From contig JBBSXB010000009.1 in the NCBI GenBank assembly GCA_038046005.1, positions 7,952 through 71,951 of the forward strand: a DNA stretch of 64,000 bases, read 5' to 3'. The stretch's first letter is position 1. Each line of letters opens with the position of its first letter. Below, piece by piece: positions 1-9,709 of this stretch. This DNA is from Nanobdellota archaeon (lineage in GTDB: Archaea; Nanobdellota; Nanobdellia; Pacearchaeales; GW2011-AR1). The notes under the pieces are model-generated. The model ran no database searches. It saw nothing but the letters and a program-made list of their open reading frames with translations, and had not been told where the DNA came from. A program made the position numbers and the translations under genes.

Positions 1-207
1 CTCCTATGGGGTTAACAGACAAAATACTGCAAAAAATCATTAAGTGTGAAAGACTATTTACAATGAATTCTAAAGATGCAAGATTGTATGTAGAACAACC
101 AAGTATTAAAGGGCTAAATCCTACCAGCAGCATCCACAGAATAATTGATAACACAAACCGTTAAAATTAAACCTTAATCTTAAATACCTTTATTTCTTGA
201 ATGTATA

Positions 208-489
208 ATGAAAAAAATTAGTGGGATAGATATTTTAACAGATGTCATTGGGCCGGCAAATACTCCACATATCTTAAACGCCCAAAAAAGAGCTGAAAAA
301 AAATATAAATTAAAAAAAGTATCTGAATTTACACAAAGCTTTATTCTTCTCTTTTGTTGGGGAATATTTTTCTTAATTCTAGGAATATTTTCAGATTATC
401 TACCCTCATTGGTTTCTTACTCTATTGCGGGATTAATGTTTGTTATCATAATAATTTTGTATTTAATAAAAAAACCAAAAAAGAAATAA
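208..489 (+). CDS. hypothetical small membrane protein (hydrophobic C-terminal half, lysine-rich tail)
   Basis: ORF track; predicted TM segment (LILGIFSDYLPSLVSYSIAGLMFVIIIILYLI); no recognisable family. Confidence 0.3.
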   Translation: MKKISGIDILTDVIGPANTPHILNAQKRAEKKYKLKKVSEFTQSFILLFCWGIFFLILGIFSDYLPSLVSYSIAGLMFVIIIILYLIKKPKKK

Positions 490-497
490 AATAAAAA

Positions 498-2216
498 ATG
501 CACTACAAAAAGCTGGCTGAACTTTATGAAAGTCTTAATTCAACAACAAAAAGACTTGAGAAAATTACAATTTTAGCAAAGTTTCTAGAATATTTACATG
601 AAGATGACAAAGATGTTTTATATCTTTTATTAGGAGACATTTACCCAGAATATGACGAAAGAAAAATTGGAATAAGCACACAGCTAGCAATAAAGGCAAT
701 TTCAAAGGCAACAGGATCAACTTCAGAAAAAGTAACAAATGAATGGAAGAAAATAGGTGATTTGGGAGAGGTTTCAAAAAAATTAACTGAATCTAAAAAA
801 CAATCAACTCTAGCCTCACATATTTTAACAACTGAGAAAGTTCTTGAAAATTTAAGAAAACTTCCAGATCTTGTTGGAAAAGGAACAGTTGATAAAAAAA
901 TATCATTAATAACTGAGCTATTAACATCCGCAACTCCTATAGAAGCCCTCTATCTTGTTAGAACATTGTTGGCAGATTTAAGGATAGGAATAAAAGAAAG
1001 CACAATAAGAGAGGCAATGTCAGAAGCATTTTTCAAAAGGGATAAGGAAGCCTCTGAAAGAATACAGACAGCTGTAGACAACTCAAATGACATATCAAAA
1101 GTATTTGAGGCTGCAAAAAAAGGAAATTTCAAAAATCTAGATAAAATAGAAATAGAAGTTGGAAAGCCGTTGAAAGTAATGTTAGCTCAAAAAGCAACAA
1201 GCATAAAGGAAGGTTTTGAAAAAGTAGGAACACCTTGTGCTATAGAATACAAATATGATGGATTCAGGCTTTTAATCCATAAAAAGGGAGATGATATAAA
1301 ATTGTTCACAAGGCGTTTGGAAAATGTGACAAAACAATTTCCAGAAGTTGTTGGATTTATAAAAAAGTATGTTGAAGGCAATTCTTTCATCCTAGATTCA
1401 GAAGCAGTTGGATTTAATTCAAAAACAAAAGAGTATACCTCTTTTCAACAAATAAGCCAGAGAATAAGAAGAAAATATGATATAGAAAAACTGCAGGAAA
1501 GTCTTCCTGTTGAAGTAAATGTTTTTGACATTCTTTATTACAATGGAAAATCCTACATAAACGAGCCTTTCAAAAAAAGAACAGAATTAATAAGAAAAAT
1601 AATCAAAAGCCAGCCTTACAAAATTATCCATTCAAAGCAAATAATAACTGATAGTGAAAAAGAGGCAGAAAATTTCTACAAAAAAGCCTTGAAAGACAAC
1701 CAGGAAGGAATTATGTTCAAAAACCTCGATACATTTTACCAGCCAGGAAGTAGAGTAGGCCACATGCTAAAACTTAAACCCTCTGAAAAAGACCTTGACC
1801 TTGTAATAACCTCGGCAGAATACGGCACAGGAAAAAGATCAGGCTGGCTTTCTTCTTTCATTCTTTCTTGTAGGGGAGAAAAGGGATTTTTGGAAATAGG
1901 GAGAGTCGCAACAGGATTAAAAGAAAAAGCACAAGATGGAATATCTCTTGAAAATGTTTCATTTGATGAGTTAACTGAAAAACTAAAGCCATTGATAATA
2001 AAAGAAAAAGGAAAAATTGTAGAGGTTAAGCCAAAGATTGTTGTCTCTGTCACATACCAAGAAATCCAAAGATCTCCAAATTACAAATCAGGATTTGCAT
2101 TAAGATTTCCAAGATTCACAGCTTTAAGACCTGACAGACATGGCGAAGATATTGCAACATTAAAGGAAGTTGAAGAAGCCTTTGAGGCTCAGAAGAGGAA
2201 TTATAAGTATGGGTAA
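498..2216 (+). CDS. lig: ATP-dependent DNA ligase
   Basis: 572 aa; adenylation motif EYKYDGFRLLIHK (KxDG); overall archaeal/eukaryotic Lig layout with conserved C-terminal OB domain. Confidence 0.9.
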   Translation: MHYKKLAELYESLNSTTKRLEKITILAKFLEYLHEDDKDVLYLLLGDIYPEYDERKIGISTQLAIKAISKATGSTSEKVTNEWKKIGDLGEVSKKLTESKKQSTLASHILTTEKVLENLRKLPDLVGKGTVDKKISLITELLTSATPIEALYLVRTLLADLRIGIKESTIREAMSEAFFKRDKEASERIQTAVDNSNDISKVFEAAKKGNFKNLDKIEIEVGKPLKVMLAQKATSIKEGFEKVGTPCAIEYKYDGFRLLIHKKGDDIKLFTRRLENVTKQFPEVVGFIKKYVEGNSFILDSEAVGFNSKTKEYTSFQQISQRIRRKYDIEKLQESLPVEVNVFDILYYNGKSYINEPFKKRTELIRKIIKSQPYKIIHSKQIITDSEKEAENFYKKALKDNQEGIMFKNLDTFYQPGSRVGHMLKLKPSEKDLDLVITSAEYGTGKRSGWLSSFILSCRGEKGFLEIGRVATGLKEKAQDGISLENVSFDELTEKLKPLIIKEKGKIVEVKPKIVVSVTYQEIQRSPNYKSGFALRFPRFTALRPDRHGEDIATLKEVEEAFEAQKRNYKYG

Positions 2217-2219
2217 GAG

Positions 2220-2549
2220 TTATACTTTCTTTGGTTCAAACCCTGCAACATTTAAAGTAAAAATACTGCCATTCCAACTACACCTAGCTTTCACTTCTAA
2301 TTTGTTTTGGGAATTTAAACTAACAGTTGCACCATCTTGTATGCTACATAAAAGAGTTCTAGAAACAGGCCCTAAAGTTCCAGGCTTTCCAATGCAAATT
2401 AATTCTCCTTTTTTAAATTCATAAATTCCTTCGCCAGTATAAAAAACATCTTCGGGCAAAACAGCTAATAAAGGACAATTAAAAGGTTTATCTCCATCTA
2501 AACTCCTCAAATATTCTCGAAACTTTGAATAGTCATTAACTTCTTTCAT
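2220..2549 (-). CDS. hypothetical protein (~110 aa), start taken at internal Met because upstream part of the ORF is the tRNA gene
   Basis: ORF 2220..2711 minus; N-terminal 54 codons are the translated GC-rich tRNA, so the real start is probably MKEVNDY at 2549. Confidence 0.4.
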   Translation of the reverse strand: MKEVNDYSKFREYLRSLDGDKPFNCPLLAVLPEDVFYTGEGIYEFKKGELICIGKPGTLGPVSRTLLCSIQDGATVSLNSQNKLEVKARCSWNGSIFTLNVAGFEPKKV

Positions 2550-2608
2550 AAAAATTAAATTAGTTTTAAGTTTAAATTCATTATTATACTGCAGAATATT
2601 CAAAAAAA

Positions 2609-2746
2609 CGCCCCCACCAGGAGTCGAACCTGGATGCCCATAAGGCGCGGTGAACTCGGCTTCCTTCCGAAAAGGGAGAGGGTGTGAGGGAGAACCATAA
2701 GTTCTTCCCATTCGAGACCGCTACACTACCGTTGTGTGATGGAGGC
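2609..2746 (-). tRNA. tRNA-Ser(CGA) with 58-nt intron at canonical position 37/38
   Basis: GC-rich island in AT-rich DNA. Minus-strand read: acceptor GCCTCCA/TGGGGGC (one G-U), D-arm ACAC-AACGGTA-GTGT, anticodon stem GCGGT/ACCGC, loop CUCGAA|C, 13-nt variable arm, T-arm CCAGG-TTCGACT-CCTGG, discriminator G. Confidence 0.55.
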
Positions 2747-2796
2747 ACAAAAATCGAAATCAAAATCCTTATATATATTTATTCCTTTCAAAAAAG

Positions 2797-3180
2797 ATGA
2801 ACAAAGAAATTGTCTATTTTATTATTTCGTTCTTACTGCCATTTATTTATTATAGAACTCTTTTTCTTATTGCTTCAAGGGTTTTTGACAAACCAATACT
2901 AAGAGAAAAAACAGGCCTAAAAATCCACCATATTCATTATGGAATGATCTTAACACTAATATCAGCATTGGTATTGTTATTTGCAGGAAAAAATGTTTAT
3001 GTAGTAATTTTACTTGGTTTAGGTTTAGGATTTATGTATGATGAATTTATTCCAGCACTTCTCATGAAGTCGAAAAGATCTGATGAGCTCATAGTTTACA
3101 AAAAAGCATTCAAATCAACTTCAATTTTATTCTTAATAATTATCATTATAATTCTAGCAGTTAGTTTAATAATTTTATGA
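2797..3180 (+). CDS. hypothetical multi-pass membrane protein
   Basis: ORF track; several hydrophobic helices; no family recognised. Confidence 0.35.
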   Translation: MNKEIVYFIISFLLPFIYYRTLFLIASRVFDKPILREKTGLKIHHIHYGMILTLISALVLLFAGKNVYVVILLGLGLGFMYDEFIPALLMKSKRSDELIVYKKAFKSTSILFLIIIIIILAVSLIIL

Positions 3181-3225
3181 CCACAAACTATTTAAACATA
3201 TGAAAAATCATTCATATATCTCAAA

Positions 3226-3822
3226 ATGACACACGAATTACCAAAATTAGCATACAGTTACGATTCTTTAGAACCTTTCATAGATGCAAAGACCATGGAA
3301 GTACATTATAGCAAACACCATAAAACTTATGTTGACAAATTGAATGCTGCTTTAGAAAAACATCCTGAACTTCAAAAAAAGAAAGTTGAAGAGCTTTTGA
3401 TGGATTTAAATAAAGTTCCTGAAGATATAAAGACAGCTGTAAAAAATCATGGAGGCGGCCATTTTAATCATACTTTTTTCTGGCAGATTTTAAAGAAAGG
3501 TACAAAATGCAAAGCTGAAATTGAAAAAGCAATAATAAAAAAATTCGGAAGTTTTGATGAATTTAAAAAACAATTTTCAGATAAAGCAACAACATTATTC
3601 GGCAGTGGTTGGGTATGGTTAGTTTTAAACAAAAAAGAACTCGAGATTTTACAAACTTCAAACCAAGATTCTCCAATAAGCCAAAATAAAACCCCATTGA
3701 TAGCTCTAGATGTTTGGGAACATGCATATTATTTAAAATATCAAAACCGAAGAGCAGAATATATCGAAGCTTTCTTTAACGTAATTAATTGGGACAAGGT
3801 TAATGAATTCTTTAAAAAATAA
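3226..3822 (+). CDS. sod: Fe/Mn superoxide dismutase
   Basis: [10 protein letters not shown] and [15 protein letters not shown] motifs typical of the Fe/Mn SOD family. Confidence 0.9.
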   Translation: MTHELPKLAYSYDSLEPFIDAKTMEVHYSKHHKTYVDKLNAALEKHPELQKKKVEELLMDLNKVPEDIKTAVKNHGGGHFNHTFFWQILKKGTKCKAEIEKAIIKKFGSFDEFKKQFSDKATTLFGSGWVWLVLNKKELEILQTSNQDSPISQNKTPLIALDVWEHAYYLKYQNRRAEYIEAFFNVINWDKVNEFFKK

Positions 3823-5242
3823 ATCAGTTATAATGAAAAACTCTCAAGAAACAATTGATATAAATAGGGAAAGGTATGACCACTACAATCCAGAGGACCT
3901 TAAATTTAGGTCAAAACCCGGGATAAATGAAAATTTGATAAGAGAAATATCAAAAGACAAAAAAGAGCCAGAATGGATGTTAAAAAAAAGGTTAGAGGGA
4001 TTGAAACTTTTTAATGAAATAAAAATTCCAAACTGGGGCCCTGATCTTTCTGACCTGAATATTAATGAAATATCATTGTACATAAAACCAAATGCGAAAA
4101 GAAACTCTGAAAATTGGAATGATGTTCCTGAAGAAATAAAAAACACTTTTGAAAAGCTCGGAATCCCGCAAGCTGAAAGAGAAGTTTTGGCAGGAGTTGG
4201 AGCACAATATGAAAGTGAAGTTGTTTATCATAATCTGAAAAAAGAACTGAAAGACCAAGGAGTTATTTTCATAGATTGTGATGAGGCATTGAAAGAACAT
4301 GAAGAGCTTTTCAAAAAATATTTCATGACAACATGCATTCCTCCAAATTTGCATAAGTTCACAGCATTGCACGCAGCTGTATGGAGTGGAGGAACTTTTA
4401 TTTATATTCCAAAAGGAGTAAAATTAAAAGAACCACTGCACGCTTACTTCAGAATGAATGCAAAAAAAGCAGGCCAATTTGAACACACATTAATCATCGC
4501 TGATGAAGGCTCTGATCTTCATTATATTGAAGGATGTTCTGCCCCAGTATATTCTAAAAACTCACTTCATGCAGGAGGAGTCGAAATTCACGTATTAAAA
4601 GGAGCAAGAGTTCGTTATACTTCAATTGAAAACTGGAGTAAAAACACATATAATCTAAACACAAAAAGAGCAATTGTCCATGAAAACGGAATAATTGAAT
4701 GGGTAAATGGAAATTTAGGAAGTAAAGTAACAATGTTATATCCTTGCAGTGTTTTAATAGGAAAAAATTCAAAATCAGATTATATTGGGATAGCTTATGC
4801 TGGGCAAGGACAATATCAAGATACAGGATGCAAAGTGATTCATCTGGCTCCAAATACCTCATCAACAATTTTAAGCAAAGGGATAAGTAAAAATGGAGGA
4901 ATTAGTTCTTACAGAGGGCTAATAAAAATTCCAAAAGGATCAACAAACTCAAAATCAAGTGTAAGATGTGATGGACTGATGCTGGACAATTTAAGCAAGG
5001 CTTTAACATTTCCAAGCATGGAAGTTGGAGAAAATGAAGTTGAAGTTGCGCACGAAGCAGCAATTGGAAAAATAGGGGAAGAACAATTATTCTATTTGAT
5101 GTCAAGAGGTTTAAGTGAGCAAGATGCAATAAAAATAATTGTCTCAGGATTTATAGAGCCAGTAATAAAACTCTTGCCTTTGGAATATGCTGTTGAATTA
5201 AATAAATTAATAGAGTTGGAGATAGAAAACTCTGTATGTTAA
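3803..5242 (+). CDS. sufB: Fe-S cluster assembly protein SufB (alternative start MKNSQE at 3833)
   Basis: 479 aa; conserved SufB/SufD C-terminal beta-helix region ([45 protein letters not shown]). Confidence 0.85.
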   Translation: MNSLKNKSVIMKNSQETIDINRERYDHYNPEDLKFRSKPGINENLIREISKDKKEPEWMLKKRLEGLKLFNEIKIPNWGPDLSDLNINEISLYIKPNAKRNSENWNDVPEEIKNTFEKLGIPQAEREVLAGVGAQYESEVVYHNLKKELKDQGVIFIDCDEALKEHEELFKKYFMTTCIPPNLHKFTALHAAVWSGGTFIYIPKGVKLKEPLHAYFRMNAKKAGQFEHTLIIADEGSDLHYIEGCSAPVYSKNSLHAGGVEIHVLKGARVRYTSIENWSKNTYNLNTKRAIVHENGIIEWVNGNLGSKVTMLYPCSVLIGKNSKSDYIGIAYAGQGQYQDTGCKVIHLAPNTSSTILSKGISKNGGISSYRGLIKIPKGSTNSKSSVRCDGLMLDNLSKALTFPSMEVGENEVEVAHEAAIGKIGEEQLFYLMSRGLSEQDAIKIIVSGFIEPVIKLLPLEYAVELNKLIELEIENSVC

Positions 5243-5638
5243 ATGGAAAAATCACTTTACAAGGAAGAACTTCTTGAAATTTATTCTGAAAAACCAAACT
5301 ATGGAAAACTTAAAGGCAAAACTCATGAGCTAAAGCAAAGAAATCCAATTTGTGATGATGAAATAACTCTAGAATTAAAAATAAAAGACAATAAGATAAT
5401 TGACGCAAAGTTTCATGGAGTAAATTGTTTTGTGACAACTGTTTCATCATCTGTTTTAACTGAAAAAATAAAAGGAATGAAAATTGAACAGGCTTTAAAG
5501 TTGACAAAAAAAGATATTGATGAGTGGCTTGGAATAAAAATAACACCGGGAAGGATAAGATGTGAACTTTTAGCTTTGGATGCTTTAAAAAAATTAAAAA
5601 TAGATGTAAAAAACAATGCTAGAAATAAAAAATCTTAA
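5243..5638 (+). CDS. IscU/SufU-like Fe-S scaffold (NifU N-terminal domain)
   Basis: Three conserved Cys motifs: NPICDDE, GVNCFVTT, RIRCELLALDA (compare LHCSxLAEDA of IscU). Confidence 0.7.
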   Translation: MEKSLYKEELLEIYSEKPNYGKLKGKTHELKQRNPICDDEITLELKIKDNKIIDAKFHGVNCFVTTVSSSVLTEKIKGMKIEQALKLTKKDIDEWLGIKITPGRIRCELLALDALKKLKIDVKNNARNKKS

Positions 5639-6353
5639 AGTTGAAATAGAAGGAAAAGAAATTCTTAAAGGAATTAACTTAAAGCTTGAAGATGGAAAAA
5701 TACATGCATTAATGGGGCCAAATGGAAGTGGAAAAAGCACTCTTGCATTGGCTCTAATGAATCATCCTAAATACAAAATAACTTCAGGAAAAATTATTCT
5801 TAATGGAAAAGATATAACAAACCTCTCGCCAGATGAAAAAGCAAAAAAAGGATTATTTTTATCTTTCCAAAACCCCCAAGAAATTGATGGAGTAACAGTT
5901 TACAATTTTTTGAGACAAGCCTTAAATTCTGTAAGCAAAGAAAAAGTTTCAATTTTCGAATTCAGAAAATTAATTGAAAAAAAAGCAGAAGAGTTAGGAT
6001 TAGAAAAAGAATTTTTGCTGAGATACGTGAACGCAGGATTTTCTGGCGGAGAAAAAAAGAAATCAGAGATATTGCAGATGTTTGTACTTGATCCCAGCAT
6101 AGCTATACTTGACGAAACAGACTCTGGCCTTGACATTGACTCTCTAAAAACAATATCTGAAGGAATAAAAAAATTCACAAAAAAAGGAAAAATATCTCTG
6201 ATAATAACTCACTACAAAAGAATGTTGGAATATCTTAAGCCAGATAAAATATTCATAATGAGTGATGGAAAAATAGCCCTTGAAGGAGATAAAACCCTTG
6301 CAGATGAATTGGAAAAGAAAGGATATAAGGGTGTGCTGAGTGGGAAAGGTTAG
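5616..6353 (+). CDS. sufC: Fe-S cluster assembly ATPase SufC (ABC ATPase)
   Basis: Walker A LMGPNGSGKST, ABC signature FSGGEKKK, Walker B ILDETDSGLD. Confidence 0.9.
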   Translation: MLEIKNLKVEIEGKEILKGINLKLEDGKIHALMGPNGSGKSTLALALMNHPKYKITSGKIILNGKDITNLSPDEKAKKGLFLSFQNPQEIDGVTVYNFLRQALNSVSKEKVSIFEFRKLIEKKAEELGLEKEFLLRYVNAGFSGGEKKKSEILQMFVLDPSIAILDETDSGLDIDSLKTISEGIKKFTKKGKISLIITHYKRMLEYLKPDKIFIMSDGKIALEGDKTLADELEKKGYKGVLSGKG

Positions 6354-7507
6354 TTAGTCAAAAGTTCTTTTATAGAACTTAATCCAGTTTCAATATCTCT
6401 CTTCAATCTGTCTATATTTTCTCTTATATAATCACTAGCATTATCTATCTGTGTTAATTTAGTCTGAATATTCTTAAAGTCTAACAATTTCATTTGCAGT
6501 CCTTCGACTTGCTTTTGAATTTCATCTACAGGAATTGCTTTCTTGTTAACTTCTCCATTTCTCTCAACAAATAATCTTGCAACTCTATAAGCAAAGTAAA
6601 GACCATAATTATCGAAAGAGGTGATAATATAATTGTTAGTAATCTTCATTGGTGCTAAAGCCGTTGGAATTTGAGATTGAGACTTGAATAAAAATATACC
6701 AAACTTAGCGCTTCTGTTTTCTATTGCATCATTAATTTCATCAATGGTTTTTTTATGGGAGTAAGCTGAGCTATCTTTACACTCAATGATAACTCTTTTG
6801 TTTTCATCTCCATCAATATCAACAGCTATATCTCCTATTTTATTATTTTTACCCAAATTTTCTCCAACAAAAGCGATTATATCTTCGTACTCCGAACAAA
6901 AGTCCTCAATTGATTCAAGAACAACTTCTTCAAATTTGCTTCCCTTTAATGTTGTTTTTTCCATCATTTCCCCAGTAGCTTTTTCTTTTATTAATTCGTC
7001 TCTTAAATCTTGTATCTTTTTGAAAATCTCTTCTTTCAACTTATTAATAGGAGAGCCCTCTTCAAAAGGACTTAATAAATCGCTAATCTTACCTTTCCTT
7101 TTATCAAAATAATCTTCAAACAACACCCTCATTTTTCCTAAAGAACTGGAGTTGCTATCAACATCAAGTGTTTTTTCAATCATATTTTTAATGTCTTTTG
7201 ATTGATTTTCAGAACTCTTTAACAATTCTCTAAATTCTTTCTCAAGATTATTCTTAATATCTTTTGACTGACTCTCCAATCCCTTCAATACTTCTTTAAA
7301 CTCTTTCTCAATATAATCGACATTTTCAGTCAAGTAAAGATTTCTTAATCCTATCGCACCTATTATGATTGCTTTTTTAATAAAATCCTCTCTTTTATCC
7401 TCTTTAATGTCTTTTAGAATTTTGGAAGTATTTGAATCATTAATAATAAGATTGTTAATAAGTATGGATTCGTTCTCTACTTTAACTTTTTTGTCTTGCT
7501 CGTTCAT
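6350..7507 (-). CDS. coiled-coil protein with C-terminal PD-(D/E)xK nuclease-like domain (RmuC-like / DUF2130-like architecture)
   Basis: N-terminal ~250 aa heptad-rich repeats (KDIKNNLEKEFRELLKSSENQSKDIKNMIEK); C-terminal GDIAVDIDGDENKRVIIECKD matches the D...(D/E)xK nuclease core. Confidence 0.5.
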   Translation of the reverse strand: MNEQDKKVKVENESILINNLIINDSNTSKILKDIKEDKREDFIKKAIIIGAIGLRNLYLTENVDYIEKEFKEVLKGLESQSKDIKNNLEKEFRELLKSSENQSKDIKNMIEKTLDVDSNSSSLGKMRVLFEDYFDKRKGKISDLLSPFEEGSPINKLKEEIFKKIQDLRDELIKEKATGEMMEKTTLKGSKFEEVVLESIEDFCSEYEDIIAFVGENLGKNNKIGDIAVDIDGDENKRVIIECKDSSAYSHKKTIDEINDAIENRSAKFGIFLFKSQSQIPTALAPMKITNNYIITSFDNYGLYFAYRVARLFVERNGEVNKKAIPVDEIQKQVEGLQMKLLDFKNIQTKLTQIDNASDYIRENIDRLKRDIETGLSSIKELLTN

Positions 7508-7628
7508 AAAATACCCATTAAGAAAGGGCTTAAAAATTTATCTATTAAGTATCCATAATCCTCAAAAACCCCTTTAAAAAGCTTTATAAAGCATCTTCGA
7601 CATAATTTTATCATCTTAGAATAATAAA

Positions 7629-8195
7629 ATGTCATCTCAAAAATCCAAAAGCAACTATAAAATACAGAATATCGTTGCCACAACTTCTTTAGAAAAGCCA
7701 ATTCCTTTGACTAAATTAGCAAGGACACAGCCTAACACAGAATACAATCCAGAGACATTCCCAGGCCTTGTTTTAAGGGTTAAAGAGCCAAAATCAGCTG
7801 TTTTAGTCTTCTCTTCAGGTAATTTAGTGTGCACGGGGACAAAATCAATAGCACAAGTCAAAGAAGTAATACAGGCAGTAATAAAACAACTAAGAAAGAT
7901 AAATGTCAACATTACAATAAAGCCAAAAATAACTGTCCAAAACATAGTCGCTTCAGGCTCAATAGACCTAAAACTTAACCTTAATTTCTTAGGATTGGAA
8001 ATGGAAAACACAGAATACGAGCCAGAGCAATTTCCGGGCCTTGTTTACAAACTAGCAGAACCGAACGCAACATTCCTTTTATTTAGTAATGGAAAACTTG
8101 TATGCACAGGAACAAAAAATAGGCAGCAATTGGAAGATTCCATGGATCAGCTTTTAAGAAACGTAAAGGCTGCATTGAAGAATTACGAGAAATAA
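7629..8195 (+). CDS. tbp: TATA-box binding protein
   Basis: Two direct repeats with IQNIVAT/VQNIVAS, PGLV, LVCTGTK motifs; 188 aa. Confidence 0.9.
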   Translation: MSSQKSKSNYKIQNIVATTSLEKPIPLTKLARTQPNTEYNPETFPGLVLRVKEPKSAVLVFSSGNLVCTGTKSIAQVKEVIQAVIKQLRKINVNITIKPKITVQNIVASGSIDLKLNLNFLGLEMENTEYEPEQFPGLVYKLAEPNATFLLFSNGKLVCTGTKNRQQLEDSMDQLLRNVKAALKNYEK

Positions 8196-8220
8196 AAATA
8201 AAAAAGAAAAATTAAAATAA

Positions 8221-8814
8221 TTACAAGTTTAGCTTTATTCCTGTTGAGAATTCTGGTGGATTTTGCCAAGGATATTTTTCCCCTCTAACGACTACAGATA
8301 AATCTTTTGCAATCTTAAAAGATCCTTCCAATTCTCCACTTGGAGTAATTTTTCCACTTTTGTAGTCTAAATCCACCCATCCTTCTAAGCCAAGAGCCTT
8401 ATAATTCGTAGAAGCATAAATTCCTAATTGAGAACCAAGTTTTCTAGAAGTTTCAATTGGTGAGAATTTAGCATCTAAAAATATTGGACCAACTTGTTTT
8501 GTGTAAGATACTTGAGGCCTGAGAATATCTCTTACACCAATGCCTCCGTTATACTCAGCTCCTACGGCAAATCCTTTTCCAAAAGATTTTCTTACTCTAG
8601 CTTCTCCATACATAGACTCAAAGTCAAAGTTCTTATCTCCATAAAGGTTAAGGAACCCATAGGCATTCTTTGTCCCTCTCTGAAGCTTGACAGTTGAGGT
8701 ATTGTCAGTCTTGTAAGTAGCTGTAGCATTTTGCCATTGAGCACTAGCTAAAGTTGGAACAGCTGATAAAGCCAAAGCTATAACAACATTTCTTATTGTT
8801 TTGTTCATTTTCAT
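8221..8814 (-). CDS. secreted beta-barrel (outer-membrane-protein-like) protein with bacterial-type signal peptide
   Basis: N-terminus MKMNKTIRNVVIALALSAVPTLASA|QW; alternating amphipathic beta-strand pattern with Gly/Tyr-rich turns; gene appears GC-richer than its surroundings. Confidence 0.45.
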   Translation of the reverse strand: MKMNKTIRNVVIALALSAVPTLASAQWQNATATYKTDNTSTVKLQRGTKNAYGFLNLYGDKNFDFESMYGEARVRKSFGKGFAVGAEYNGGIGVRDILRPQVSYTKQVGPIFLDAKFSPIETSRKLGSQLGIYASTNYKALGLEGWVDLDYKSGKITPSGELEGSFKIAKDLSVVVRGEKYPWQNPPEFSTGIKLNL

Positions 8815-8957
8815 CTTATTTTTCTCCTTTGATTTATTTAAGTAAAAAACGACTATGTCGCTTTTGTATTTACTTAATAATAGTATCAGATTTAACTATA
8901 TAAATAATAACTCTCCTAAAAAAGAGAGTTTAAATACTATGGACTGTTCAGTGTATT

Positions 8958-9674
8958 ATGGACACAAGTGTTCTGGAAGAGATAGGGTTGAACAAAGGCG
9001 AAGCAAAAGTATATCTTGCTCTTTTAGAATTAGGTGAGTCAAAAGTAGGTCCAATAATAGACAAGTCAGGATTAGTAAGTTCTGTTGTTCATGTAAATAT
9101 AAACAAACTGGTTGAAAATGGGTTGGCCTCTTATATTAAAAAAGGTAAAATTAAATTTTATAAAGCTGTTTCTCCAAAACAGATTCTTGATTTTATAAAA
9201 GAAAAAGAAAAGAAACTCCTAGAGATTATTCCTTTTTTAGAGGAAAAACAGAAAAAATCAGAAGGCAAGGAAGAAGCAGAGATATTTGAAGGGATTAAAG
9301 GAATAACATCAATGCTAAATCTTATTATTGAAAATTCAAAAAAAGGTGAAGAATTTTTCCTTTTTGCAACAGATATGGAAGAAAAACAAAAAGAAATACA
9401 AGAATTCTGGGAAAAATATGACTTGAAAAGAAAAGAAAAAAGGCTTATAGTCAAAGGCATAGCCCCAAAAAAACTAAGACATTTGTTCGCAAAAAGAGAA
9501 GTATTAAAAATGAAGTACACAAACTCTCCTCTTTTATCAAGCATAACTATATTCCAAGACAAAGTTGCAACTATATCTTTTGGCGAAAAACCTGTGGGAT
9601 ATTTGATAAAATCAAAGCAAGTATCAGAAATGTACAAAAATTACTTTAGGAAAATGTGGAAATCAATAAAATAA
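8958..9674 (+). CDS. TrmB-family transcriptional regulator
   Basis: N-terminal wHTH GEAKVYLALLELGESKVGPIIDKSGLVSSVVHVNINKLVENGLASY typical of TrmB; paralog of 36483..37241. Confidence 0.65.
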   Translation: MDTSVLEEIGLNKGEAKVYLALLELGESKVGPIIDKSGLVSSVVHVNINKLVENGLASYIKKGKIKFYKAVSPKQILDFIKEKEKKLLEIIPFLEEKQKKSEGKEEAEIFEGIKGITSMLNLIIENSKKGEEFFLFATDMEEKQKEIQEFWEKYDLKRKEKRLIVKGIAPKKLRHLFAKREVLKMKYTNSPLLSSITIFQDKVATISFGEKPVGYLIKSKQVSEMYKNYFRKMWKSIK

Positions 9675-9709
9675 TCGTTCTCTACAACATATAATTTTAT
9701 AAATAATTA

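Noticed and set aside
2550-2711. N-terminal 54 codons of ORF 2220..2711 (MGRTYGSPSHPLPFRKEAEFTAPYGHPGSTPGGG…)
   Set aside because: This GC-rich stretch is the minus-strand tRNA-Ser gene with its intron. The protein most likely starts at the internal Met (2549).
8221-8814. OMP-like gene as evidence that the contig is bacterial
   Set aside because: The contig encodes TBP, MCM, TFE, aIF1A, aIF2-beta, DHS and intron-containing tRNAs, so it is archaeal. The OMP-like gene is treated as an isolated HGT/chimerism candidate.
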